Made by a program: the position numbers and the translations under genes
Shown here: one piece after another, positions 37,395 to 49,500 of the stretch
Numbering within the stretch: the first letter of the stretch is position 1
Layout: every line of letters starts with the position of its first letter
Assembly: GCA_016906335.1 (NCBI GenBank)
Contig: JADEYG010000004.1
Coordinates: forward strand, 744,001 to 808,000
DNA length: 64,000 nucleotides
Origin: Novakomyces olei
Lineage: Eukaryota
Direction of reading: 5' to 3'
Notes under the pieces: model-generated
What the model saw: only the letters and a program-made list of their open reading frames with translations
Database searches by the model: none
What the model was told of the DNA's origin: nothing

Positions 37395-40300
37395 TCAATC
37401 GTTTCCTTCTCGAGCAGAAAGTTCATGCGTCATTTTTTCTGCAAGTGTGGTATTCGAATAATGCAGAGCCACGCGACGAGCTGCTTCCATGCTTGTTTCA
37501 CGACGTAGCAGCCTTGCCAGGCTGAGGGCTCTAACACTTCGTTCCTCAATACAAGCAATCTGTACGAGTTTGAGCAGAGTACTATCAATAGCCGTCTCCT
37601 GAGCTGCCAGTCTAGCACGATCTTTAGCCGTCGTGACTGTAGGCATAGCGTCTTCAAGCAGAGATAAAGCCAGAGAATCACGTAGGAACTTTTCTTCCAG
37701 CGCAAGACGGTCTTTATTTCCATCTTCCACTGAGCCAGAAGACGATGAAGATATCGGTACTTGCAGCTCGATCTCACTTAATATGGGACGTGGAAAGAAC
37801 GGGTGTCGTTCACGGCCTTTAAGAATGACACAGTGGAACATGCCATCGCTAACTGTTACTGGCCAGTAAAATTCTTCGCGATTTTGTCTTCTATTCATTT
37901 GTTTTGTGTCTAATACTGGGACCCAGCGAGCTTGGCCGGGAACACGCCAATGTTCAAGGATGAGCAGCACATTATCCGTGTCCATTATGATTGGATCCTG
38001 TAGCATAATGAGTATAAGCGACGAAAAAGTATTAGAAATTAAAGCGTAATAAATAAATATAAAATTAGCTTACGCCCTCGTCAGAGAAAAAGGCGGCAGA
38101 GAGTCCGCCAAAAGGTGGGACAGCGACAACGTCGTTTGACTGTACGCTTTCGCCTCTAGTTACATGCTCAATGCTATAACAAAGTTGAGACCTTCCGTCG
38201 GCCTTTGCGGGACCATTTCCAATAACCCATACATAGTTTTGCCAGGCTGCACACGCAATAACCGGCGTATGCTTTTGTCGCTGCACTTTAATGGGCACGC
38301 CCGCTACTGTATATATACGCAAAAGGCCTTTCGATGTGCACAATACCACATTATCTTGACTCAGAGCGATTGCTGCACGTTAGACGGTCGTTTTGGAGTT
38401 GTAGTACTAGCAAATAAAAACAAAAATTATTATTATCATTTTTTTATTTTTATTATTTTTATTATTTTTAATATCGAGTCATTTTAATGAACAAACTTAC
38501 CTTCACAGATTTCGTTTTGCGGAAGAGTAATTCGCCATTCTGCATTTAAGGCCCAACTTTCATGTGGACGAAAAAGAACTACAGATCCAGAATTTGAGGA
38601 TCCCAAACTAGCAAAAAGAGCTCCATTATCGTCGAGGCAGGCCAGTTCAAAAAAGTCGGGGTCTTGGAAATGGTACCGGCGATGGGCTGTCTGATCCATA
38701 AATTCTACAGACACAGTATTGTGTGATTCCTCCTGCTGTACAGTCCAAATATGCCCCACCATATTTAACGCTAGATATTTAGAAAAAGAAATGGAAAAAA
38801 GTCAAATAAATTGAAATAAAAACATACCCAAGTATCTCCGCGAAGAACGCCAGGGTGTACTTCCTGTGTGTACTGAAGGATGAAATTTGGAAGTCTCAAC
38901 GCGCCTGCTCTTTGTCTCATTCCCAGCTGAGCCCCTATCGTCCTCTTGCCCTTCGGAAACATGACGATGAGATCTTTTCCTCGCAGCCATTAGCTCCTTT
39001 TCAGTAGGCACATATCCCGCTCCATCATCATCATCGATCCAATCCAGTTCTGCATCTAAATCTGCCACTTCTTCTTCTAGATCCCCATCGCTCTCTGCTT
39101 CGAGATCATCTTCGTCTGCCTCGTCATCAAACAGACTATCCTTTCTTCGCCGGACCTTTGCTGCGTTCTCTTCGTTTGTAATATCACGCATTTGCCTTCG
39201 GAACAGCCGGGGCGCATGCTCTGCAGGAACAGGATTGTTCACAGTAATAAGCTGGCCACGGTCTGTTGTAATGGAAATAACGTTCTTTCCTGGCTGCCAT
39301 TTAATTGCACAAGCAGCGCCAGTGACTTGAAAAGTCGCGATTAACTTACGAGCAGCACAGTCCCAAATGTGTACTTTCCCGTCCTGGCCTCCGCTAGCCA
39401 TAAAGGCACAAGTGTCACACCATTCAAAGTCTGTAATTGCTCCAAGATGGCCATCTTTGAGGCTGTAAACAATAGAAAAATCGTCGCGCGTGTAGACATT
39501 TATTTCTGGATAGTTAGTAATGGCCAAGGCACTCTGCATCTAGAGAGACAAGAAATAATGAAGACTAGTATGTACAAGTGATTGCTAAAATTGAAATAAA
39601 AGATAAATAATCAGACATGAGAAGCAAACGGATTTACGCGTCGTTCAGCATAAAGCGGCAGCTATAAAGCATTGAAAGCATTGATGCCACATTACTTACC
39701 CCGAGAAGATGATGCAACAGCAAAATAAGATCCATTAGAGTGCCAAGCGACTTTACAGGCCACATTCTCCTCCGCTGCAACGTTTACACTGGACGAAAGG
39801 CCATCAAGCGTTTTCACGGGCACAGCAGTGTTACCAGAGATTCCAAACAGTGTTACAGTGCCGTCAACCTGGCAGGTAGATACAACGTCGCCAGTAGGGC
39901 AGAAAGATACAGAGTAAACGCTGCTATTGTGAGGGCGAAGCGTGATTGTTGTATGAACATCTTGCAAGTTGACGAGTTTAGCGACAGTTTCGCTAGATCG
40001 TTAGAACGGGCTGCAATTGCAAATTCCAAAACAAAACAGACTAGAGCGCTATAGAAACTTACTCGCTAGCAGCGCCAATCCATTGTGAGTCTGGACTCAA
40101 GCAAATAGAGCGCAGAGGCAGTGTAGTTCGAAGTATAAGCGCCTCGAATTCGTTTGTGCGGAGATCAAATTTGCTCAGAGTCGCATCTTCAGAGCACGTA
40201 TAAAAATGCGAAGTCTATAGCGTTAAAATATGCCTTGCACCTCCACCACGAATCTTACTGACGCGACAATTCCGGAAATTGTATCTTCATGATGCTCGAT

Positions 40301-40441
40301 ATCCTGAGGCTCATCATTTCCATCCTCTGTATCAAATTTGCGGATAATCTGACTATGGCCCACCGTGAACAAATACCGTCCATCTGGAGAATGACATAGC
40401 CGTGTAAGGCCCGCCGGGTGCACGTATTTCGGCCGCTCCAT
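37395..40441 (-). CDS. CTF4: Replisome factor Ctf4/Mcl1/SepB (WD40 plus SepB domain)
   Basis: N-terminal WD40 (HPAGLTRLCHSPDGRYL), HTGSTPWRSSRRYL, HNTVSVEF, ARWVPVLDT, YWPV, ALSLARLL. Several introns. Confidence 0.93.
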
Positions 40442-40451
40442 GAGTGTTTTG

Positions 40452-40467
40452 ACGCGTCGAGACGCGA
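40452..40467. promoter_or_regulatory. Tandem MCB-like elements upstream of CTF4
   Basis: ACGCGT (40452-40457) and ACGCGA (40462-40467), 11-26 bp upstream of the ATG. Confidence 0.55.
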
Positions 40468-40671
40468 GTTTGGATAATTTATGGATAATTATGAGCGTAA
40501 ATAAATTAATATGGGCAATTACTATTTTTAATTATTTATTTTAATTTATTATTTTTAATTATTTCTAATATATTATTTTAATATATTATTTATTTTTACA
40601 AAATTATTATAGACTAACGGTGCTCTTTTGAACAGCAAGCTCTGTCTATTCATCAAGCAAGATAGACGCCA

Positions 40672-41448
40672 ATGGATGTAGTGCTGGACAAGGCACGCCT
40701 TGTCTCGCGCAATCTGCCCGCTCCTATAAGAGACGCACTGTTGCCGCTATTAGGCCCTCAATGCTATCGTCAACTTGTGGAAGACCTGGATCCGTTCACG
40801 GATCCTGAATGTACCCGTCTTGCTGTGTCTAAAGCTCTGGGTATTGGAATTGTGGCTGGTGGATCAATTGTCAAAGTACCACAGATCCTCAAATTATTAG
40901 CAGCAAAATCTGCCGTGGGTGTGAGCTTTCTCGGCTCCGTGTTGGAACTAGTGGCCAATGTTATTGCTGTCGTTTACAACTACCGTGGCGGTTTCCCCTT
41001 CAGCACTTATGGCGAAACCGTCTTTATAACACTGCAAAATACAATAATTGCGCTTCTGCTCCTTTACTATGCTAATCGCGGTCACCTCGCGGTTGCCGTG
41101 GCAACCGCGTTTGTGGCAGTTGTTTACGCGTTGCTCACTCCATCAATTGTTGGACGCGCTCAGCTTTCAGACTTGCAGCGTTTAACAACGCCCTTAGCGC
41201 TTTTGTCACGGCTGCCACAGCTGCGCCAAAATTATGTTACAAAATCGACGGGGCAGCTCTCGGCATTTTCTGTGTTTGCGTATCTTGCGGGGAGTCTGGC
41301 ACGCGTTTACACCACTGTCACAGAAGTTAAAGACCCTCTTGTACTGTGGGGGTTTATCCTGACCACAGTCGTCAACCTGCTTCTTGCCTTCCAGATGCTC
41401 TTGTACTGGCAAAAACCAAAAGCGAAAAAGGTTTATGCCAAAAAGTAA
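40672..41448 (+). CDS. MPDU1: Mannose-P-dolichol utilization defect 1 (PQ-loop) protein
   Basis: SKALGIGIVAGGSIVKVPQILK, FPFSTYGE, SRLPQ, STGQLSAF, GSLARVYTT. Confidence 0.95.
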   Translation: MDVVLDKARLVSRNLPAPIRDALLPLLGPQCYRQLVEDLDPFTDPECTRLAVSKALGIGIVAGGSIVKVPQILKLLAAKSAVGVSFLGSVLELVANVIAVVYNYRGGFPFSTYGETVFITLQNTIIALLLLYYANRGHLAVAVATAFVAVVYALLTPSIVGRAQLSDLQRLTTPLALLSRLPQLRQNYVTKSTGQLSAFSVFAYLAGSLARVYTTVTEVKDPLVLWGFILTTVVNLLLAFQMLLYWQKPKAKKVYAKK

Positions 41449-41592
41449 ATATAAGAATCATTCATTTTTGCAGTTTTTGAGTGCAAATAATGATCATTCA
41501 CGATTTTGACCAAATATTAGACAATAGGCAGGCATTAATGTACTTGAAAGTGTAAAAGTGAAATAATAGCTCCCAAAGAGAAAGAAAACGTA

Positions 41593-42438
41593 TCACTTTT
41601 GTCCTGTTCGAGTAAAGAGCAATGCCCGAAATAAACTTTCTTGTGTGATTGTTTCCTCCTCTGTACGCGACTTTCTGATTTCTTCTAAATCATCGTCCAC
41701 CTCACTACTACCACCGCCCGATGCATCGTTCTGATCTTCTGCCATATTCTCCAACGCGTCTTCCTCCCGACGCGTACTCGTCCCGGACCAATTGTAGTCG
41801 GCCTGCTTGGTTGCAGCAATTTCCAAACATTGCTCCAGGAGCGGCCTCATATTTTGATAAGAAGGCAGCAATTGAGTGCCCAGAGCTAAGCATTCTGCCT
41901 CCCGTGCCTCGGTTTCAGGCAGAGCTTTTGTGCGGAGTAGCGTGGTCAATAGAGCCTCCTTTTCCCTCACCGGATAATTAGAGGCCGGCGCTAAGGTTGT
42001 GCCCCCGAGACTCTCAGCATTATTGTGTAGGCAAGCCTGTGCCGAGCTTAATTGCGACATGAGCACATTCAAATTTGCTAGGAGCGTAGGCCTAGATTAG
42101 GATTAGATACTGTTCGGCTTCTGTTTTCCCCAATAGTAGATTGAAAAAGCTAATAAATTCTTAATTGAGAATTGATTATTCGTTGGGGTGTCCAAGTTCT
42201 TTGATTTGCCTGTTTCCCTGCTTCCACTTTTATTATTTTGCTTTCATTCTTCCCTACTGCATCGCCTTACCAAGAACCCATGTTGGCGCCTCCCATTTGA
42301 ACAGTTCCCAGCAGATTTGCCACTGATTGAGATAGCTAACAAATAAGCATTTATAAGGATAAAAGTGTCTCTAACCTGTTCATATCGCTGGCGCAAAGCC
42401 TCTAAAGCGTCCTCTGGCGCGACAAATGCCTCTTCCAT
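41593..42438 (-). CDS. MED8: Mediator subunit Med8
   Basis: ALEALRQRYEQ|LSQSV...SW|PTLLANLNVLMSQL, PASNYPVREKEALLTTLLRTKALPE, C-terminal FTRTG. Confidence 0.88.
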
Positions 42439-42443
42439 GGGCG

Positions 42444-42444
<1 letters not shown>

Positions 42445-42516
<72 letters not shown>
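42445..42516. repeat. (TTA)24 microsatellite 6 bp upstream of the MED8 ATG
   Basis: Directly visible. Confidence 0.98.
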
Positions 42517-42517
<1 letters not shown>

Positions 42518-42742
42518 GTGTATCAAGTTGTCTTTTAAAGCTATGTAGACGTATTATATAGCATGCACAGTGGTAGGACTACACAAAATTCTGTATATAA
42601 TATAAAAGTCTAAAAGTATACGTATATACCGTCTTGATCTTTTCTACGCATTCAAGGATCAAAGCATCTTTGCTACATGCAAGCTGCAGCGCCACAATCA
42701 GCCGGCAATTAGCAACTTGTGAAAGATTTATTCGCGTTCAAT

Positions 42743-45700
42743 ATGAGCCGACGCGTTCTCTCAGAGTCAAGGATTATTGACTCTGACGAAGATGAAGGAT
42801 CAGCGAGTGGTAAGAGAGTTTGTATTACGGATGTCGAGACTAACGCTTTTTTCCTCTATAGAAAATGAGCATAGCAAACCTGCAGAGGCCCTTGTGGAAA
42901 GTGCAAATGAGACAAAAGACTCTTCTCCGGACCAAAATGTACGCTTTTGACCCTTTTCTCTTTGTTTTTATTCTTTTCTACTAGTTTTCTGTTTTATCTC
43001 TATCTCTAAATACTAACGGCTTCTAGGGCAAAAGTAAGAGTGGTGGTCGCAATAAACGCGCTAGATCAGACTCTCCTGAAGACGACGATGTAAAACCTGA
43101 CGAAACAGAAATTGCTGGCAATCTTTCTGCTGATCAAGGCACGAATAAAGTAGAAGCAGCCCAAGATCAAGACAAAGACGACGCTGAGGAAGATAATGAA
43201 GATGAAGATGGCGACGAAGATGAAGAAGAAGACGATGACGAAGACGAAGACGATGATGATGATGACGATGACGACGAAGGCAGATCGCACCGTCACCGAC
43301 GTAAACGTACAAGACGGGCTAACCAGTTTCTCGATGTCGAGGCCGAAGTAGACGATGACGAAGACGAGTTGGATGAGGAAGAAGACGAACTGGCAAGGGA
43401 GGACGGCTTCATCCAGGATCAAGATGAGCTCGGGGCCGATGAAGTTCTAGACCGGGACGATCGCAGGCACAGGGATCTTGACCGGCAACGTTTACAAGAG
43501 CAAGAAATGGATGCTCAACAGCTGGCGGAGCAGTACCGTGAACGTTATGGCCGTCTTAATGCCGGACGGTACCGGGGTGATTCTACTTTTGTCCCTCAGC
43601 GAATGCTTTTGCCCTCTGTTTCTGACCCGAGCACTTATGCTGTGAGAGCAAGGCCTGGCAAGGAGAAGGATGTAGTGCTGGCAATAATGCGAAGGGCCAG
43701 AGATTACCGGGCGAAAGGCAAACCCTATTGTGTTCTATCTGCCTTTGAGAGGGACGGGATCAAGGGCTATGTCTATGTGGAAACAAGACAGCCTGGCGAG
43801 ATCTCTAATGCTTTGAATGGTCTATTGAACGTGTTCCCCTCTCGAATGATTCTTGTTCCGATTAAAGAAATGCCAGATTTACTGCGTGTAATAAAGGACA
43901 ATTTTGAGCTATTGCCAGGCGCCTTTGTCCGACTGAAACGCGGTCCTTACAAGGGCGATTTAGCGCAGGTCGATAATGTATCTGACAATGGGCTGCTGGC
44001 AAGGTTACGTATTGTTCCGCGCATTGATTATTACAAAAAGGATACAGAGTACCGCGATGCAAGTGGACTTTTACGCAAAACCAAAGGCTTCTCCACTACC
44101 CGGCCAGCCCCGCGGCTCTTTGATGAGCAAGAAGCTGCTCGTGCTGATCCGGCAAAACTGACAAAGCGTGGATCTCACACTTTCCAGTTTGGCAATGATG
44201 AATACGAAGACGGGTACCTTATCAAGGAAGTCAAAATTGCCCTTTTAGCTATACAAAACGTGAACCCGACGTTGGAAGAAATAACGCGTTTCAATACAGG
44301 TGATGATGCATCTTCTAGGGATGCGATTGACCTGGCGTCACTAGCACATTCACTAAAACAATCACAGCGATCTCAGCAGCCCATTTTCCGTGTGGGCGAT
44401 AAAGTAGAGGTCTTTGAAGGCGAACAGAAAGGCGTCTTTGGTACAGTTGAAGCAGTAAGCAACAATGATAGTGTCGTTACTGTTAGGAGCAAACACGGAT
44501 CTCTGCACAATCAGCTACTTGATATACCAGCAGCTGCTTTACGTAAACAATTTCGTGCTGGAGATCATGTTAAAGTTATTGCTGGCCGTTATGCCAATGA
44601 ATTGGGGATGGTAGTGCGAGTCTCCGCTGATGAATTGACTCTGCTGAGCGATAGCAGTGGCCTGCAAATTACTGTCTTTGCTAGGGACGTAAGTGAGGCC
44701 TCTGATGCCGGTGATGCAGTGGCCCCCACTATCCCCTATGACGTATTGGACTTGCTTAGGTTGGATGCGAGTACGGCAGCTTGTGTAGTTCGCATTGAAA
44801 GGCAAGTCCTTACCGTAATGGACACTAATGGCTCCGTACGTACAATTGGTCCCGATCAAGTTAGTATGAAGATTGACGATCGCCGGGCGACTGCTACTGA
44901 TCGTAATGGAGAAGAGATCAAATTAGGGGACACTGTTTCCGAGGCGGCAGTTGGCAGAGACAGAACAGGGACGATTTTGCACATTTACAGAGGAGTTGTC
45001 TTCTTACAGAGCCGGGAAATCGCGGCTAATAACGGTGTCTTCACTGCCCGTACCACTAGTCTGGCGGCAGTCACTGCTAGTAAAAGCATTTACAATAATG
45101 GCAGCAAAACCAATCTTGATTTGACACGAATGAATCCCGCAGTTACGTCGGCCGGCTCCAAAATGCGCCCACCTTCTGCGGTCCCTCCCGCGCCGCGCGT
45201 GGGAGGGCGGGATATCTCTTTAGGGAGAACTGTCAAGATAGGTGGGGCTCATCCCATGAAAGGTTACTTGGGTATCGTCAAGGACGCGACTGATACGGTG
45301 GCACGTGTAGAACTTCATTCCGGTAATCGGACGATAACGATAAGCAAAGATAAGCTGCGGTTCGATAAGGGCGATAAGCAGTTTATCCCGTATAGAGAAT
45401 TTGCAATGACCCGGCCTACGCGGGATGGCAATGCGGCAAGGCAGTCGTATGTCCAGCCAAGCCAGGACGGACCTGTATGGATGCAGCGAGCCGGGTCGGC
45501 TGTACCTGCCGGCCAATCTTCCGGTGGGGGTTCTGCTGGGTGGGGGTCAGAATCGGGTTCAATTGGGGGTGCAACTCCCTATGCAAGTGGGGGCGCAACT
45601 CCCTATGCAAGTGGGGGCGCAACTCCTTTTGCAAGTGGGGGCGCAACTCCTTTTGCAAGTGGGGGCGCAACTCCTTTTGCAAGTGGGGGCGCAACTCCTT

Positions 45701-46086
45701 TTGCAAGTGGGGGCCGTACTCCCGCTTACTCTTCCGCAAGGACTCCGGCTTATTCTTCATCCGCTACCCCCGCCTGGAACGCAGATTACTCCACTCCGTC
45801 CAATGCTCCATGGGAGACGAATGATCTGGAGAGTGCAACTCCCGGGTGGGGCCAAGTCGGGTCCGGTGCTTCTGCTTCGACTCCGGGAGTCGGGTCCTCG
45901 TCTTTTACTCCTGCTGCGGAAGCGCAAACGCCTGGTGCAGGTCTGGCCGATACCGATGCGCAAACGCCGGGAGTCAGTGCTGCTTGGGGTGGACCACAAA
46001 CTCCTGCTGCTCATGGCAATTGGGACGATGGAGTGACTCCGGCGGCCTCGGCTGCTACTCCGGCTCCAGCAAGTGGGTGGGATTGA
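42743..46086 (+). CDS. SPT5: Transcription elongation factor Spt5
   Basis: Acidic N-terminus, NQFLDVEAEV, LLPSVSDP NGN domain, several KOW motifs, C-terminal TP repeats. Introns 42810-42861 and 42939-43026. Confidence 0.98.
45565..45708 (+). repeat. Coding 24-nt tandem repeat x6 (GGATP[Y/F]AS) of the Spt5 CTR
   Basis: GGGGGCGCAACTCCYTWTGCAAGT repeated almost perfectly. Confidence 0.95.
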
Positions 46087-46450
46087 AGAGCTGTTTGAAA
46101 AGAAGAGCTGTTCGAAAAGGAGAGCTGTTTGAAAAGAAGAGCTGTTCGAAAAGGAGAGCTGTTTGAAAAGAAGAGCTGTTCGAAAAGGAGAGCTGTTCGA
46201 AAAGGAGAGCTGTTCGAAAAGGAGAGCTGTTCGAAAGGGAGAGCTGTTCGAAAAGGAGAGCTGTTCGAAAGGGAGAGCTGTTCGAAAAGAAGACTTATTC
46301 GTAAAGAAGACCTTCGAAAAAAAGACCTATTCGAATAGAAAACCTATTCGAAAAAAAAACCTATTCGAAAAAAAACCTATTCGAATAGAAGACCTATTCG
46401 AAAAGAAGAGCTGTTCGAATAGACAACCTATTCGAGTAGAAAACCTATTC
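46087..46450. repeat. 17-bp minisatellite (AGAGCTGTTCGAAAAGG)n, about 21 units, degenerating towards the 3' end
   Basis: Directly visible. Starts at the SPT5 stop codon. Confidence 0.95.
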
Positions 46451-46725
46451 AAAAAAAAAAAGATTAAAAAATTAAAAAATTAAAAGAAGGTTTGAAGATT
46501 TAGGAAAAAATGGGCAAAGTCCAAGTGCGAGTGCCCCTACTCGAGTTCAATGGCGGTGAAGGAGCAATCTTCTTCTAGTCTGGTATTCTATGATTGATTC
46601 TATATTCGCATGCGTGTACAATTGGCGTCAGAGTTGTAGAGTAGACACGTGTAGTGCTTACTAACGACACAGGTAATCAAAACTATAATACAATGGCAAT
46701 TGCTGTGCACTATACTGCACAAATA

Positions 46726-48684
46726 TTAAGCCAGTACAGTGACCATTACCCCTACAATCGCGGCCAGCGTCCAACCGTACGTGGGCAGACGGCCGTGCAG
46801 GCCGAGAGCGCCACTGTCAGGCGCATCTGACGCGTCTCTGAATGCGTTAATCTGAGAATCAACAGTGGCAGACGATGGAGCACTCGAGTTGAGCGATCCG
46901 TCCCAGCAAAACTCGCTGAAGCATTGCTGACACTCTGCAGAGGGCTGTTGCTGCAGCCGCTCAGTAGATCTCTGTACTATTGCACAGGCAAGGCACGTGG
47001 CCCAGTGCGTACTGTTGCCCTGAGTCGTGGACGCGTAGCCATTAATTATCATTTGCTCCTGCTCTTCCCGCTCGTACGTGAGCTTGAAAGTTGACGTGTT
47101 TGAATTGTACGACCACGGAGCATTCGGCAAATAAACAATCAGCGGCACTGGCCCATTGCCGTTGCCTGTAACATTGCTTGAATTGCAGCCAAAGAAAGTG
47201 GGTCTCAGATTAAGGCCATTGTTTACAAAGGTATTTTGATCGGGTACGTGGGGGAACCCGGCAACATCGTCCCGCAGACTCGAGTCGTTGGCCACTACCC
47301 GCTCATACGTGGCCACTAGCGACGTTCCATTCGGCCACGAGTAGTCCGTATCCGCTGAGGAATCCACTGCCAGAATAACATCAACTGCCCTGTCGGGATG
47401 AAGCAGTGGCCAGAGTGGGATGTTTTGGTAATCCTCACCTCCGTCAACAAGATTCAAGTAGTCTTGTGTGCGGACCATTGAGGCAACAGAGAAATTCGAG
47501 GTTGTATAGTTTTGAAACGGATTTTGGTAAACGGCAATATCGTTATTATCCTCGTCGATATCACGCAAAATTGCCTCTAGAGCATCGTGGATTACACCAC
47601 TGCCTGTCCCGTTTATTTGCAAAAGCGCTTGGTTAAACAGAGTGCTCGATGTGCCCATAACAAAGGCAGCATTGTCATAGTGCACCACACATTGGTCGTT
47701 GGGAGCCGATCCGTTGCGCACATCCGTTCCCAAATACTCTGTTGGGGTAAACGCCCGGATGCCATTGTCCCAGGACCCAAATTCAATCGGAGAGAACTCC
47801 CATACAGTAGTATTTTGAGGGATGGCCGCCTGGCCAGGCTCACGTCCGTCGGCCACGATAATAGGAAATGGGAATTCAGCGCGTTGGAACCAAGTCTCGT
47901 TCCTGATACCAGAGAACGTAATGTTTGGGCCACCGGCAGTAGCATTGACCAGTTGCCGGGACAACGCTCGGCCCCAGTAGTCTGTGAGGGAGATATCAAA
48001 CCCGGCATCGTGCTTATCGTCCACTTCGCTGACCAAATCAGAGTAGTAACTGCCTGTGGAAAACACGTTCCACCCACCCGGCGTAAGGATATCCCGCTCC
48101 AATTGCCATACTGTATTAGAAAGATCCTCAATTGCAGCAAACTTGTTGACGCTGACAGAGCCAAGGAGCCAACTTCCGCCAGAAAGGCCCGTCAGGTACA
48201 TTGAGCTCTGAAGCAATCCGCCCAGTGTTTTGTTTGTGGCCGATGTCCGTTCATCAAAGGCGGCCATTGCTCCAGCTCCGTTCAGCATGGCTCTGTAGCC
48301 GCCTCCACTAAAGCCAGCCGCTAATCGGGGAGCCGTCTGGTTTGACCGGAAAATAGCATCGAGATCAAACGTGGTATTGACACTAGACAGAAAGGCTCGA
48401 AGAGCCTGTTCTGTCGCATTGTACCTCTGCCTTGTAAAGGAGACCTCTGCCGGCGATAACGATCGGCCCGTCCTGACTAGCTGCGTGTTTGTGGGGCAAG
48501 TAACGTTGAAGGGGGCATAAGAGCCTGTGCCGTTACCCGCGTCCCGGCGAACGAGGATGTGGACTTGCTCGTCATTGTCGTCGATGATTATCTCTTTAGT
48601 CGTGACGTGTCCAGCGTCAGACGTGTCCACCGCCAGTCCGTGACATATACCGGCCCATAAGGCCACAAGCGCAAAGACCTTCAT
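46726..48684 (-). CDS. PLB1: Secreted/GPI-anchored lysophospholipase (phospholipase B)
   Basis: Signal peptide MKVFALVALWAGICHG, SGGGYRAM, GLSGGSW, DYWGRALS, VDGGED, hydrophobic GPI-type C-terminus. Confidence 0.95.
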   Translation of the reverse strand: MKVFALVALWAGICHGLAVDTSDAGHVTTKEIIIDDNDEQVHILVRRDAGNGTGSYAPFNVTCPTNTQLVRTGRSLSPAEVSFTRQRYNATEQALRAFLSSVNTTFDLDAIFRSNQTAPRLAAGFSGGGYRAMLNGAGAMAAFDERTSATNKTLGGLLQSSMYLTGLSGGSWLLGSVSVNKFAAIEDLSNTVWQLERDILTPGGWNVFSTGSYYSDLVSEVDDKHDAGFDISLTDYWGRALSRQLVNATAGGPNITFSGIRNETWFQRAEFPFPIIVADGREPGQAAIPQNTTVWEFSPIEFGSWDNGIRAFTPTEYLGTDVRNGSAPNDQCVVHYDNAAFVMGTSSTLFNQALLQINGTGSGVIHDALEAILRDIDEDNNDIAVYQNPFQNYTTSNFSVASMVRTQDYLNLVDGGEDYQNIPLWPLLHPDRAVDVILAVDSSADTDYSWPNGTSLVATYERVVANDSSLRDDVAGFPHVPDQNTFVNNGLNLRPTFFGCNSSNVTGNGNGPVPLIVYLPNAPWSYNSNTSTFKLTYEREEQEQMIINGYASTTQGNSTHWATCLACAIVQRSTERLQQQPSAECQQCFSEFCWDGSLNSSAPSSATVDSQINAFRDASDAPDSGALGLHGRLPTYGWTLAAIVGVMVTVLA

Positions 48685-48733
48685 AATTTTTAACTGACTT
48701 GCCGGTCTGTTTGTTTTGCCACTCAAATATGTG

Positions 48734-48827
48734 CTACTCAATCTGTAGTGCCAAGTCTGTACTACTCAGTCTGTACTACTCAGTCTTTACTAAGTCTGTA
48801 CTACTCAGGTCTGTAGTGCCAAGTCTG
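48734..48827. repeat. Imperfect ~14-bp tandem repeat (AGTCTGTACTACTC / TCTGTAGTGCCAAG) upstream of PLB
   Basis: Directly visible, 50-140 bp upstream of the ATG. Confidence 0.85.
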
Positions 48828-49440
48828 GTTGTGCTCCTGAAAAGGTGTAAATAATTGCAGGCTCCGAGATCAGAATGTTTGACAGGCACAACTGCCTTTG
48901 CCAGCGACAAAGACCGTTAGTCAAACTTTTTCAAAGGCACACTTGAAATCAAGAGCGGCCTGTTGAGGAGACGCGGTAGAGATGCCAAGACTGCTTTTAT
49001 TTCGGGTAAAGTGATCCGCATAAAACCAAAAAGTCATTGCATCATAGAGAAATTTTATCGGAACATTATATCTCCGATCCGATGATTATACTATCATTCG
49101 ACCTTTTCAGGATATCGCCTGTTTTTCTAGAGTTTTTATTGGTTTTATTGTTATTTTGAAACACTTAATCGCATATTCTTTGTTGTTAGCTAACTGATAT
49201 AATACCGTACAATATCGTATATTAAAATTAAACAAAACAATAAAATAATAAAATAATTATAAGATCGTTTGATACACCGAGTTTATAGGTACGGCAAGCA
49301 AATAGACAGCAAATATTTATACGAACAAATTATGGACTAAAGCTATCATGAGTCAGTAAAAGAGTTGTTGACCAATGAGGTCCTACAGCGAGGACTGTAT
49401 ACACGCTCCGGAGAGCGTTGTGGCTTTTTACATCAACACT

Positions 49441-49500
49441 CTTCTTTTTCAAGAACTTCTTTTTCAAGAACCTCTTTTTCAAGAAGCTCTTTTTCAAGAA
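49441..49500. repeat. 15-bp tandem repeat x4 (CTTCTTTTTCAAGAA)
   Basis: Directly visible. Each unit contains TTCAAGAA. Confidence 0.92.

Noticed and set aside
46087-46450. CRISPR-like array, and the ORFs 46129-46483
   Set aside because: Units are head-to-tail with no unique spacers, no cas genes are present and the context is eukaryotic; the ORFs are repeat translations.
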